Assembly: GCA_049799615.1 (NCBI GenBank)
Contig: JBARIF010000065.1
Coordinates: 1-45,270, forward strand
Source: Terriglobales bacterium
GTDB lineage: Bacteria; Acidobacteriota; Terriglobia; Terriglobales; Acidobacteriaceae
Direction: 5' to 3'
DNA length: 45,270 nucleotides
This document shows positions 8,900-17,261 of this stretch, piece by piece (position 1 is the stretch's first letter; each line of letters starts with the position of its first letter). The translations under genes and the position numbers were made by a program. The notes below the pieces were generated by a model that saw only the letters and a program-made list of their open reading frames with translations, ran no database searches and had not been told where the DNA came from.

Positions 8900-8954
8900 G
8901 CGGCTCTGTTTTTGGGGTATTTTGAAACGATTTAAGTTGCGACTCTGTTTTTGG
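8878..8954 (+). repeat. Tandem 39-bp direct repeat (2 copies, 36/38 identical), each carrying TTGAAACGATTTAA
   Basis: GTATTTTGAAACGATTTAAGGTGCGGCTCTGTTTTTGG (8878-8915) is followed by GTATTTTGAAACGATTTAAGTTGCGACTCTGTTTTTGG (8917-8954). Confidence 0.85.
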
Positions 8955-9036
8955 CTCGGATGGTCCGAGGAGTGCAGTTATTGCATGGCGCGTTCCAGTT
9001 CCATGGGGTTGGGAGCCCTGTAGCCTCTCGAATCAC

Positions 9037-10665
9037 ATGACCAGAAGCTCCATCTATCTCACGCACCGGCTCTTCACCCGATTGCGCTGCACGCGCCCGA
9101 CATGGATTGGAGTGTGTCTGGTTCTCCTGGCTTTGCCGGTGGTTTGGGCGCAGTCGGCTCCGGTGCCCGCGGCGTCGAGTGGGTCCGAGGCTGCCAAGGC
9201 GTTGCAGTTGGGTATTGATCTGGTTAAAGCGGGACGCCTCGATGAGGCGATACCAGTTTTTAAAAACGGCCTCGGAGCTGATCCCCAAAGTACCGTCCTG
9301 CTAAACGTGATCGGGGCCACCTACAGCCTGAAAGGTGATTCCGAGCAAGCCGAAAACTATTTGCTCAAGTGCCTGCAAACCGACCCGGGGTTTGTGCCGG
9401 CCAGAAAAAACCTGGCGATAAGTTATTTCGATTCTGGTAAGTACAATCTAGCCGTCCCCGAATTTGAAAAACTCATCAATGCACCGGGCGAATCACGCTC
9501 GGTGGCTTCTCTTTTTCTGGGAATCATTGCCGAAAAGCAGGGGAACTTCAGCAAATCGGCTTCGCTGCTGGGAGAGTCCGGAGAGGTCGCCTACCAGTAT
9601 CCGCTGGCACTGCTATCGCTGGCGCACTCCCTTTTGGAATTGGGACAGGTGCAGAAGGCCAATGGGGTCCTAAAGAGCCTGGACGCGATGTCCGGTGTCA
9701 CGGCCTCCGAGCACTTCAAAGCCGGTCTCCTCTACTCGAAAGAGGGGCAATACCAACAGGCTCTGACCGAATTGGACAGGGCAGAGAAGATGGATTCCCG
9801 GCTATCGGGGCTCGCATACCAGCGGGCGGTTGTTCTAGACCAGCTGGGCCGCTCCCGGGAGGCGCTGCAAGTACTCCAAGATCTCACCAGGATTAAGCCG
9901 GACGCCGACTCTTTGAATTTTCTGGCCGCCCTCGCAAGGAAAAATGACGATCTCAGCCTGGCGATGCAGTCACTGCGTCAGGCCGCATTGCTGGCCCCGG
10001 AAAGGGAAGTGAATTATCTGGATTTCAGCACCATCTGCATGGACTACGAGAATTATCCCCTGGCCCTGCAAGCTGCTGATGTCGGACTGGCGCACCTCCC
10101 GGGTTCTTATCGCCTGCAAGTGCAGAAAGGCGCCATCCTTGAGAAGCTAGGCCGCTTCCGCGAAGCCGAAGAGATCGTGCAGAGAGCCAGCAAACTCCAG
10201 GATGACAACAGTGTCGCCCTGCTCAGTCTTGCCATCATCCAGACTCACGCCGGCGAAGTGGAAGCCGCGATCAACACACTTTCTTCGGCCATCAAGAAAT
10301 TCCCGTCCAACTCCCAGATGCATTACTACCTTGGCGTCGCGCTCGAACAGACCCTGGAGCACGATGCGAGGGCGGCGGAAGCCTTCAGGGAATCCATTCG
10401 ATTGAACCCTTCTTTTGCGGACTCTTACTACCACCTTGCCAAACTGGATCTAAAGACGGACCCGAAACTCGCTGAGGAAAACTTTCGTGCCTGCCTGCGG
10501 CTGGACCCGCACCATCTATCGGCGGAGTACAGCCTGGGCCGCCTTTATGTCAAAAGCGGAAGGCAAGCGGAAGGGCGAGCTTTGATTGAGGCGTTCGAAC
10601 ACGAGCAGCAAGCCGAGAAGCTTAAAGTGCAGCAAAAGCCCAGTCTCGAATTAGCGAAGAAATGA
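9037..10665 (+). CDS. Exported tetratricopeptide-repeat (TPR) protein
   Basis: A hydrophobic N-terminal segment (WIGVCLVLLALPVVWAQ) is followed by many 34-aa TPR-like units (e.g. LNVIGATYSLKGDSEQAENYLLKCLQTDPGFVPA, YHLAKLDLKTDPKLAEENFRACLRLDPHH). Confidence 0.8.
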   Translation: MTRSSIYLTHRLFTRLRCTRPTWIGVCLVLLALPVVWAQSAPVPAASSGSEAAKALQLGIDLVKAGRLDEAIPVFKNGLGADPQSTVLLNVIGATYSLKGDSEQAENYLLKCLQTDPGFVPARKNLAISYFDSGKYNLAVPEFEKLINAPGESRSVASLFLGIIAEKQGNFSKSASLLGESGEVAYQYPLALLSLAHSLLELGQVQKANGVLKSLDAMSGVTASEHFKAGLLYSKEGQYQQALTELDRAEKMDSRLSGLAYQRAVVLDQLGRSREALQVLQDLTRIKPDADSLNFLAALARKNDDLSLAMQSLRQAALLAPEREVNYLDFSTICMDYENYPLALQAADVGLAHLPGSYRLQVQKGAILEKLGRFREAEEIVQRASKLQDDNSVALLSLAIIQTHAGEVEAAINTLSSAIKKFPSNSQMHYYLGVALEQTLEHDARAAEAFRESIRLNPSFADSYYHLAKLDLKTDPKLAEENFRACLRLDPHHLSAEYSLGRLYVKSGRQAEGRALIEAFEHEQQAEKLKVQQKPSLELAKK

Positions 10666-10696
10666 GTAGGACCTCAAAAGAGAAGGGATGGACACC

Positions 10697-13600
10697 ATGA
10701 AGGCATCGCGTCTCGCAGGGACGACAATCACGCTTGTTTTCTTGCTCCTGGTTGCCAGCGCGCCTGTCCACGCTCAGTTCACCAGCGGATTCACCGGAAC
10801 GGTGACGGACCAGACTGGGGCGGCGGTCTCGGGGGCCAAAATCGTTGTCACCGATCAAGCTACACACGTCAGTCGATATACGACTACGTCGGATAACGGC
10901 GACTTCCGGATTACGTCGCTGCCGGGGGCGACTTATACAGTTGAGATTCAGCAGCCGGGATTCAAGACATGGGTACAGAGCGACTTGCAGTTGGAATCCA
11001 ACCAGGTAAGGAGTCTGCACCCGACCCTCGCCTTGCCCAGCGAAACAGTCAACGTAGACGTGACCTCAGAGCTGGCGGCGGTTGAAACGGACAAGAGCAA
11101 CACGTCACGAGAAATTTCCGAGTCCACTGTCCGCGATGCACCGTTACTGGGGAGAAATGTCTACACCAGCATGATCGAATTGGCGCCAGGGGTTACCGGT
11201 TCGGGGTTGCCGGCGGGAGGGGCGCTGGGTTCCGGTTCCGCGAATAACGATAGCTTTGAGCAGGAAGCAGGATACCAACTCAACGCAGCCGGGCAGCGGC
11301 AGGAGAACAACCAGTACGATGTCGACGGTAGCATTGCGGTGAGCGCCTCCCGCGACGGTGTGGTAAACCTTTCGCCCGAGCCGGACTTTATTCAGGCGGT
11401 GCGTATTTCGGGAGCGACGATTGACGCCGCCAAGGGGCGCTACAGCGGGGCCTACGTGCAGGTCTTCACCAAGCCAGGAACCAACGAATTACACGGGTCG
11501 TTGTCGGAGTACCACACGAACAATGCATTGACGGCCCGAACCGAGTTTGAGTACTGTGCTCCCGGAACGGCGGCAAGCGGGTGCCGCGCCATACCGGCCT
11601 TTCGAAGAAATGAATTCGGTGGGACCTTCGGCGGCCCGATTATCAAGAACAAGCTGTTCGGGTTTGGCGGCCTCTTTGTGTTGCGGTCATCCAATGCGAC
11701 GACCCTGGTCGACACCGTAGAGACGCCCCAGTTCGCCCAATTTGTCCAGCAGAATTTCCCCAATAATCTCTCGTCGACATTCTTCCAGCAGGCCCCCCCG
11801 GGATCCGCGCCTACTACCGGTATTGTCACCGTGGGCCAGCTTCAGGCAAGCCAGCCCGGTTCCTTTCCGGAATCCCCTGCGTTTCAAAACAATCCCGATC
11901 TGCCCGCGTTCGGGACCGCGACGTTCCCGCTGAGTCTGACCCACAACGCATATCAGTGGCATGTCCGGCTCGACTACAACGTCAACGAGTCGAAAGATCG
12001 CTTCTTCTTCGACTGGTTCCGCACTTACTCCGACCAGCTGCAAGCCGACCCGCGCCCGATCTATCGAGTGAAGATTCCGAACAACGGGTTTTTCGCCAAA
12101 CTGGACTGGACGCACGCCTTCTCCCCCAAACTTCTGAACGATGCTGGTTTCACCTGGATCGATGCCGACGGATTCAATCCCAGCGCGGTGGGCAACCAGA
12201 GTCTTCCCAATGTCAATATCACGGGTGTGGCGGGATATAACCAGTGGGGACCGGCTGGCTGGGTGCATCAGAACTACAGCTGGCATGACGTGCTGACCTG
12301 GACGCACGGTAGTCATACTATCAGCACCGGAATTGACATTGACCGGCATCACGATGACGATCAATTTACCAGCCCGCAGCTGCGGCCGACCTTCGGTTTC
12401 ACCAATCTTCTCGATTTCGCGCAGGACCAGCCCTTTTCGCAGTTTGGCCCCGCGCTCGAAGTGGCTAACTCTGCCCTGGCCACCAACTTGTATGAGATCC
12501 TGCGGTGGATTTACGGCGGAGCCTTCGTTCAAGATGACTGGAAGGTAACGCACCGGTTTACGCTCAATCTAGGTCTTCGGTACGACTACTTCGGCCATTG
12601 GGGAACCTACTACAATTCACACACTCCGTTCCCCTTCTTCTCGCTGGGTTCGGGCAGCGATTTTGCTTCGCAAGTAACCAGCGGCGTAATGTCCGTCAGG
12701 GGCGGGAAGAACGCATATGTGACGAACAACCGACCTCAGGGATGGGGCCCCCGAATTGGATTTGCCTGGGATATTTTTGGCAACGGGAAGACCTCGCTGC
12801 GGGGCGGGTACGGCCTGTTCTTCAACAATGTGGCTGACGGATCGTGGTCATTCCCGGCGCGCGCCAATCCGCCGACCTGGGCGGTCCCCGATTTCTCGAT
12901 CGACAGTCCGACGCATCCCTTCAGCTATTCGTTGGGGGACTCGACGGGTACCATCTGGCCGGTCCCGCCCGGAATCACCTTTCAAAACAATACGGCGGGC
13001 GGAATTGTAGGCTTACCGGTCCAAACCTCGGGTCTGGTTTCCAACCTGGACCAGCCTCGTACCCATGTCTTCATGGTGTCCCTGCAGCGCGATCTTGGGC
13101 ACGGTCTGGTGGCCGAGGCGGACTACAACGGCTCGCACAGTACGAACCTGTACGTCCAGACCGACGTGAACCGTTTCCCCGGAGACCTGATTGCCAACCA
13201 GGGAACGCAGACGCGGCTGAATCCCAACTTCGGCAGCATTATCTTCGGGCGCACTATCGGAATAGCGGATGGCCATTACGGCTCCCTGATGTTAAGCAAA
13301 CGGTTCACTCACTCCTGGCAGCTGAGGGGTATCTACACCTTCGGTAAAGCCACAGACGACACCAGCAGCAACGACAATGGGACGAACAACGGCGAGGCGA
13401 TCTTCAACCCTCTGGACATTCCGTTCCAGCACGGAAGGGCGGACTACAGTGTCGCCAAGCGCCTTACCATCGATAGCGTGGTGGAGGTGCCGCCCGGGTT
13501 CTTCAAGAATGGCTTGGCAAAGAAGGTCTTCGGTGGTTGGCGTATGTCCAACATCGTCGTGCTGCAGAGCGGATTGCCCTTCTCTGTATTTACTTCGGCA

Positions 13601-14035
13601 TCGTTCAATCCGATCCTGGATGCGGGCGGAAACGTGATCGGCTTGCAGCCGGGGAGTGGCGACTTCAACGCTGACGGCTACGGTTACGACCTGCCGAACG
13701 CCGCGCCCGCAGGCGCCGTACACACCGGCAACCGGAGCAATTTTCTTACAGGTTTTGCTTCGGCATCAGCATTTCCAACTCCTGCACTCGGACAACAGGG
13801 CAACGTCGGCCGGAACACCTTCACGGGACCGGGTTTGGCTAACGTCAACACTGAATTCGCGAAGGAGGTGAAATGGGAGCGCTTCTCTCTCGAATTCAGA
13901 GCGGATGTTTTCAACCTGTTCAACCGCGTAAACCTGACTCAGCCAGACAGCGATTTGTCCAGCAGCCTTTTCGGTCAATCAACCAGCCAGAACCTGCCTC
14001 GTTCCGTGCAGTTTGGGCTCCGCCTGGATTTCTAA
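10697..14035 (+). CDS. TonB-dependent outer-membrane receptor with N-terminal carboxypeptidase-regulatory-like domain
   Basis: The signal is MKASRLAGTTITLVFLLLVASAPVHAQ. A CarboxypepD_reg-like beta-sandwich follows (GTVTDQTGAAVSGAKIVVTD...DNGDFRITSLPGATYTVEI). The protein is ~1100 aa and beta-rich, with a C-terminal ...VQFGLRLDF ending in an aromatic residue. An alternative ATG lies at 10688. Confidence 0.85.
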   Translation: MKASRLAGTTITLVFLLLVASAPVHAQFTSGFTGTVTDQTGAAVSGAKIVVTDQATHVSRYTTTSDNGDFRITSLPGATYTVEIQQPGFKTWVQSDLQLESNQVRSLHPTLALPSETVNVDVTSELAAVETDKSNTSREISESTVRDAPLLGRNVYTSMIELAPGVTGSGLPAGGALGSGSANNDSFEQEAGYQLNAAGQRQENNQYDVDGSIAVSASRDGVVNLSPEPDFIQAVRISGATIDAAKGRYSGAYVQVFTKPGTNELHGSLSEYHTNNALTARTEFEYCAPGTAASGCRAIPAFRRNEFGGTFGGPIIKNKLFGFGGLFVLRSSNATTLVDTVETPQFAQFVQQNFPNNLSSTFFQQAPPGSAPTTGIVTVGQLQASQPGSFPESPAFQNNPDLPAFGTATFPLSLTHNAYQWHVRLDYNVNESKDRFFFDWFRTYSDQLQADPRPIYRVKIPNNGFFAKLDWTHAFSPKLLNDAGFTWIDADGFNPSAVGNQSLPNVNITGVAGYNQWGPAGWVHQNYSWHDVLTWTHGSHTISTGIDIDRHHDDDQFTSPQLRPTFGFTNLLDFAQDQPFSQFGPALEVANSALATNLYEILRWIYGGAFVQDDWKVTHRFTLNLGLRYDYFGHWGTYYNSHTPFPFFSLGSGSDFASQVTSGVMSVRGGKNAYVTNNRPQGWGPRIGFAWDIFGNGKTSLRGGYGLFFNNVADGSWSFPARANPPTWAVPDFSIDSPTHPFSYSLGDSTGTIWPVPPGITFQNNTAGGIVGLPVQTSGLVSNLDQPRTHVFMVSLQRDLGHGLVAEADYNGSHSTNLYVQTDVNRFPGDLIANQGTQTRLNPNFGSIIFGRTIGIADGHYGSLMLSKRFTHSWQLRGIYTFGKATDDTSSNDNGTNNGEAIFNPLDIPFQHGRADYSVAKRLTIDSVVEVPPGFFKNGLAKKVFGGWRMSNIVVLQSGLPFSVFTSASFNPILDAGGNVIGLQPGSGDFNADGYGYDLPNAAPAGAVHTGNRSNFLTGFASASAFPTPALGQQGNVGRNTFTGPGLANVNTEFAKEVKWERFSLEFRADVFNLFNRVNLTQPDSDLSSSLFGQSTSQNLPRSVQFGLRLDF

Positions 14036-14048
14036 GACTGAGGGGGTA

Positions 14049-14087
14049 AGGGCCGCCGCGCAAGGCGCAACACGACGCGCGGCGGCC
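14049..14087 (+). terminator. GC-rich hairpin after the receptor gene (12-bp perfect stem, 15-nt loop), no U-tract
   Basis: GGGCCGCCGCGC (14049-14060) pairs with GCGCGGCGGCCC (14076-14087). The stem starts 14 nt after the stop codon at 14035. Confidence 0.4.
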
Positions 14088-14178
14088 CGAGACCGGGCGG
14101 AACGGCGCAGCCCTGAATCCAGCTGCAAGGGCTCGAAGATTGTGCGCGCGCCGGCACTCGATTCGAAGCGGGAGGGCC

Positions 14179-15171
14179 ATGTATCAACCCGAAGCCTATG
14201 GCATCGCGCTGTTGTTCATGATCGGAAGCATGCTGTGTTGGGGGTCCTGGGCCAACACCATGAAACTCACTCCGGGTTGGCCCTTTCAGCTCTTCTATTG
14301 GGACTACGTAGTCGGCATTGTTGCGGCAAGCCTCTTATGGGGACTCACGCTCGGTAGCGCCGGTGGAGGGGACCTCTCTTTCCTCAGGAACATCGGCAAC
14401 GCGGATGCAACTCATATCGTGTTTGCCCTGCTTGGCGGAGCTGTCTTCAACGTAGCCAACCTCTTGCTGGTGGCCGCAATTGACATTGCCGGGCTGGCGG
14501 TCGCGTTTCCAATCGGAATTGGATTGGCCCTGGTCGTGGGCGTCCTGCTGAACTACCTCATTTCTCCGCAAGGCAGCCCGCTGTTGCTGTTTGGTGGCGT
14601 GTTGCTGGTCGTCCTTGCCATTGTCGTGGACGCACTGGCCTACCGCAGGCGCGAGACCACACGCAAAACTCCGAGCGCACTCGGCATTCAGATCAGCCTC
14701 GCCTGTGGCGTCCTGATGGGCGTCTTCTATCCGCTGGTCGCTAAAGCGATCACGGGCGAGCGCGCGCTCGGTCCCTATACGGTGGCTTTCTTCTTTGCTC
14801 TGGGTACTGCTTTGTGTGCTGTACCGGTGAATTATTTTCTGATGCGGAGGCCTTTGGCGGGAGGCCCGCCCGTGAGCATGGCCGACTACAGGAAAGGGCG
14901 TAGCGCCTGGCATTGGTGGGGAATTCTGGGCGGAATGATCTGGTGTACGGGCGCAGTCTTTAATTTCGCTGCGTCACATGCCCACATCATCGGTCCAGCG
15001 GTCTCCTACGCGATCGGCCAAGGTGCAACGATGGTGTCAGCCATGTGGGGCGTTTTTATCTGGAAAGAATTTGCCAGCGCTCCGCCGGCCTCTCGCAAAC
15101 TCATTCCAGCCATGTTCGTATTCTTCCTAGTAGGGCTGGGATCGATTGCGATCGCGCCCATGGTGAAGTAG
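14179..15171 (+). CDS. GRP-family (RbsU/GlcU-like) sugar permease, ~10 TM
   Basis: The protein is highly hydrophobic throughout. CWGSWANTMKL and YAIGQGATMVSAMWGVFIWKEF resemble the two halves of glucose/ribose porter proteins. GGAGGG (14171-14176) precedes the ATG at 14179, and the gene sits directly upstream of ribokinase. Confidence 0.6.
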   Translation: MYQPEAYGIALLFMIGSMLCWGSWANTMKLTPGWPFQLFYWDYVVGIVAASLLWGLTLGSAGGGDLSFLRNIGNADATHIVFALLGGAVFNVANLLLVAAIDIAGLAVAFPIGIGLALVVGVLLNYLISPQGSPLLLFGGVLLVVLAIVVDALAYRRRETTRKTPSALGIQISLACGVLMGVFYPLVAKAITGERALGPYTVAFFFALGTALCAVPVNYFLMRRPLAGGPPVSMADYRKGRSAWHWWGILGGMIWCTGAVFNFAASHAHIIGPAVSYAIGQGATMVSAMWGVFIWKEFASAPPASRKLIPAMFVFFLVGLGSIAIAPMVK

Positions 15172-15187
15172 TCGAAATCGAATCTTC

Positions 15188-16156
15188 ATGCAGAAGCCAA
15201 TTGTCGTCGTCGGCAGCATCAATCTTGACTTGGTCGTGGGGGCTGATCGAATTCCGCAAGCTGGGGAGACGATCATGGGCCATAGCTTTAACACCTTTTA
15301 CGGTGGGAAGGGAGCCAATCAGGCAGTCGCAGCGGCGAAACTCGGGTACCCCGTTTCGATGGTCGGAAATGTTGGGAACGACGCCTTTGGAGCGCAGTTG
15401 CGCAATGGACTGCAAGAGGCCGGCGTGGACACCACATGTGTGAATACGGTCGAAGGGGCATCTGGCGTCGCTTTGATCACGACCGGAGTCGGCGGTGAGA
15501 ACAATATCGTGGTCGTGCCGGGCGCCAACGCCCAGCTTACGCCAAAGTTTCTTGAACGAGCGGAAACCACTTTGGAGCGCGCCGGATTCCTTCTGGCACA
15601 GCTTGAGATTCCGTTAGAGACCATTGAGTGTCTGGCCCAGTTCGCCGAGCGCCATAACATCCCCCTCATGCTCGACCCTGCTCCGGCCCGTGAGCTTTCA
15701 GGAAAGCTGCTGCGAAGGGTGTCCTGGATTACGCCAAACGAAACTGAAACTCAAGAACTGCTTAAGACCGACATTGAGGATGGCGAGCGGGGCTACTATG
15801 TGGCTGCAGATCGCCTTCTGGCTTGCGGCGTCAAAAATGTCCTCCTGAAACTGGGGTCACGGGGCTGCGTGATTGCTCGGGGCGATCTTGCGAAGGAGCG
15901 AGTTCTCGCGTTTTCTGTGACGGCTGTGGACACGACCGCCGCCGGGGATGCGTTCAATGCAGGATTTGCGGTGGGATTGATGCGGGGCCTTACGGTTGCA
16001 CGCAGCGCTGTTTTTGCCAGTGCGGTCGCGGCGATTTCGGTCACGCGGCCCGGGGCTCAGCCCTCCATGCCTTCGGGAGACGAAGTAGAGTGTTTTCTGG
16101 AGCAGCACTCAACTACGACTGCACATGAGCCGTCCTATAACAAGCAGGTCCAGTGA
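15188..16156 (+). CDS. rbsK: Ribokinase
   Basis: The motifs are VVVGSINLDLV, TFYGGKGANQAVAAAKLG, ITPNETE and VDTTAAGDAFNAGFAVGL (PfkB-family ribokinase signatures). Confidence 0.9.
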   Translation: MQKPIVVVGSINLDLVVGADRIPQAGETIMGHSFNTFYGGKGANQAVAAAKLGYPVSMVGNVGNDAFGAQLRNGLQEAGVDTTCVNTVEGASGVALITTGVGGENNIVVVPGANAQLTPKFLERAETTLERAGFLLAQLEIPLETIECLAQFAERHNIPLMLDPAPARELSGKLLRRVSWITPNETETQELLKTDIEDGERGYYVAADRLLACGVKNVLLKLGSRGCVIARGDLAKERVLAFSVTAVDTTAAGDAFNAGFAVGLMRGLTVARSAVFASAVAAISVTRPGAQPSMPSGDEVECFLEQHSTTTAHEPSYNKQVQ

Positions 16157-16196
16157 CGCCCACGACCCAGCTTACGTTCGAATCCGCGGGGTTCTT

Positions 16197-16784
16197 ATGC
16201 ACACACTGAAGGGAAGATCGCGCACCATCGCTTGGATTGTTGCGTTGCTCGTCAGCTCATCGTTTTCACCAGGGCAGACAAAGGACGCCTCCCCGGACTG
16301 GAAGGGCATTGTCCAGAATCGGCTTCCGCTTTATGGTCATAGGAACTGGATCGCGGTCACAGACTCAGCCTTTCCGGTCTATGCCGCACCCGGCATCGAA
16401 ACGATCGTGGTCAATGAAGATCTGCCATCCGTGGTGAAATATGTGGCCAAAGCGATTTCTTCGACACGCCATGTGCGCGCCACCGTCTTTCTGGACCAGG
16501 AGGTTCAGTTCATTGATGAGAGCGACTACCCGGGAGTATCGGAGTTGAGAAGGCAAATCGCTGCACTTTTTCCAAAGGAGCAGGTCTCCAGTATTCCACA
16601 CGCTGAAGCGATGAGCAGAATTGAAGAAGCGGGGAAAACATTCCGAATCTTGTTCATCAAGAGCTCAGCCACGATCCCCTACACTTCAGTTTTTATGCGC
16701 CTGGATTGTGGCTATCTGAGCGACGAAGTAGAGCGGAAGATCAGGACTGCCATGGCGGCCGCCGGCAACCGGCAGCCGAAGTAG
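16197..16784 (+). CDS. RbsD/FucU-family (sugar mutarotase/pyranase-like) protein with N-terminal hydrophobic signal/anchor
   Basis: GHRNWIAVTDSAFPV resembles the GHxDxxxxxDAxFP motif, and the C-terminal ...IPYTSVFMRLDCGY resembles the xYxNxxLxxGV end of RbsD/FucU. The N-terminus is MHTLKGRSRTIAWIVALLVSSSFSPGQ. Confidence 0.55.
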   Translation: MHTLKGRSRTIAWIVALLVSSSFSPGQTKDASPDWKGIVQNRLPLYGHRNWIAVTDSAFPVYAAPGIETIVVNEDLPSVVKYVAKAISSTRHVRATVFLDQEVQFIDESDYPGVSELRRQIAALFPKEQVSSIPHAEAMSRIEEAGKTFRILFIKSSATIPYTSVFMRLDCGYLSDEVERKIRTAMAAAGNRQPK

Positions 16785-17261
16785 AGCGCTCCCATAACGA
16801 GGTCAAGAAGTTAGAAACGGGGAAGTTCAAGGGGCTGTCCGAATCCTGGAAGTAGTGGTTGCGCTACATCTTACTTTATAGATGCTTGCCTTACGAGTTG
16901 CCTTGAACGTGGCGTGAAGTGGTGAACCGGAACAAGCATCTAGGGTTCGATTCGCGTCCCCGCGCTAGTGTGCCGTACGCTTGATTGCATCCGCGTCATT
17001 GGCCTGTGATGCCTTGCCCGATCTGCTCATGGCCGAGAAAAATAGCCCGTCCGAACCAACTGTTCATTTTCTCCTTGCCTCCGTTTATAAGGCGCAGGGT
17101 AAGGTCCCGGAGGCGCAGCAGGAAATGCGCACTTTTGATGAATTGAAGAGAGCGGCCAGGGAGGCGTCATCGGGACTTCTTGGGAGTGGGGTCTGGGACA
17201 TCGAAATCGGGTTTGTCGTAGTGCTGACAACTGCTCCACCGCATTGCCGGGGTACACACTT

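Noticed and set aside
8878-8954. Possibility that the 39-bp tandem repeat is a minimal CRISPR array.
   Set aside because: There are only two directly abutting copies with no unique spacer, and no cas genes in the window. A promoter/operator interpretation fits better.
16941-16970. tRNA-like T-loop string GGGTTCGATTC, which could mark a tRNA gene or an att site.
   Set aside because: The flanking bases do not form a T-stem (TAGGG versus CGCGT gives only 2 of 5 pairs). I could not fold an acceptor stem, anticodon arm or CCA context. It is probably a chance match.
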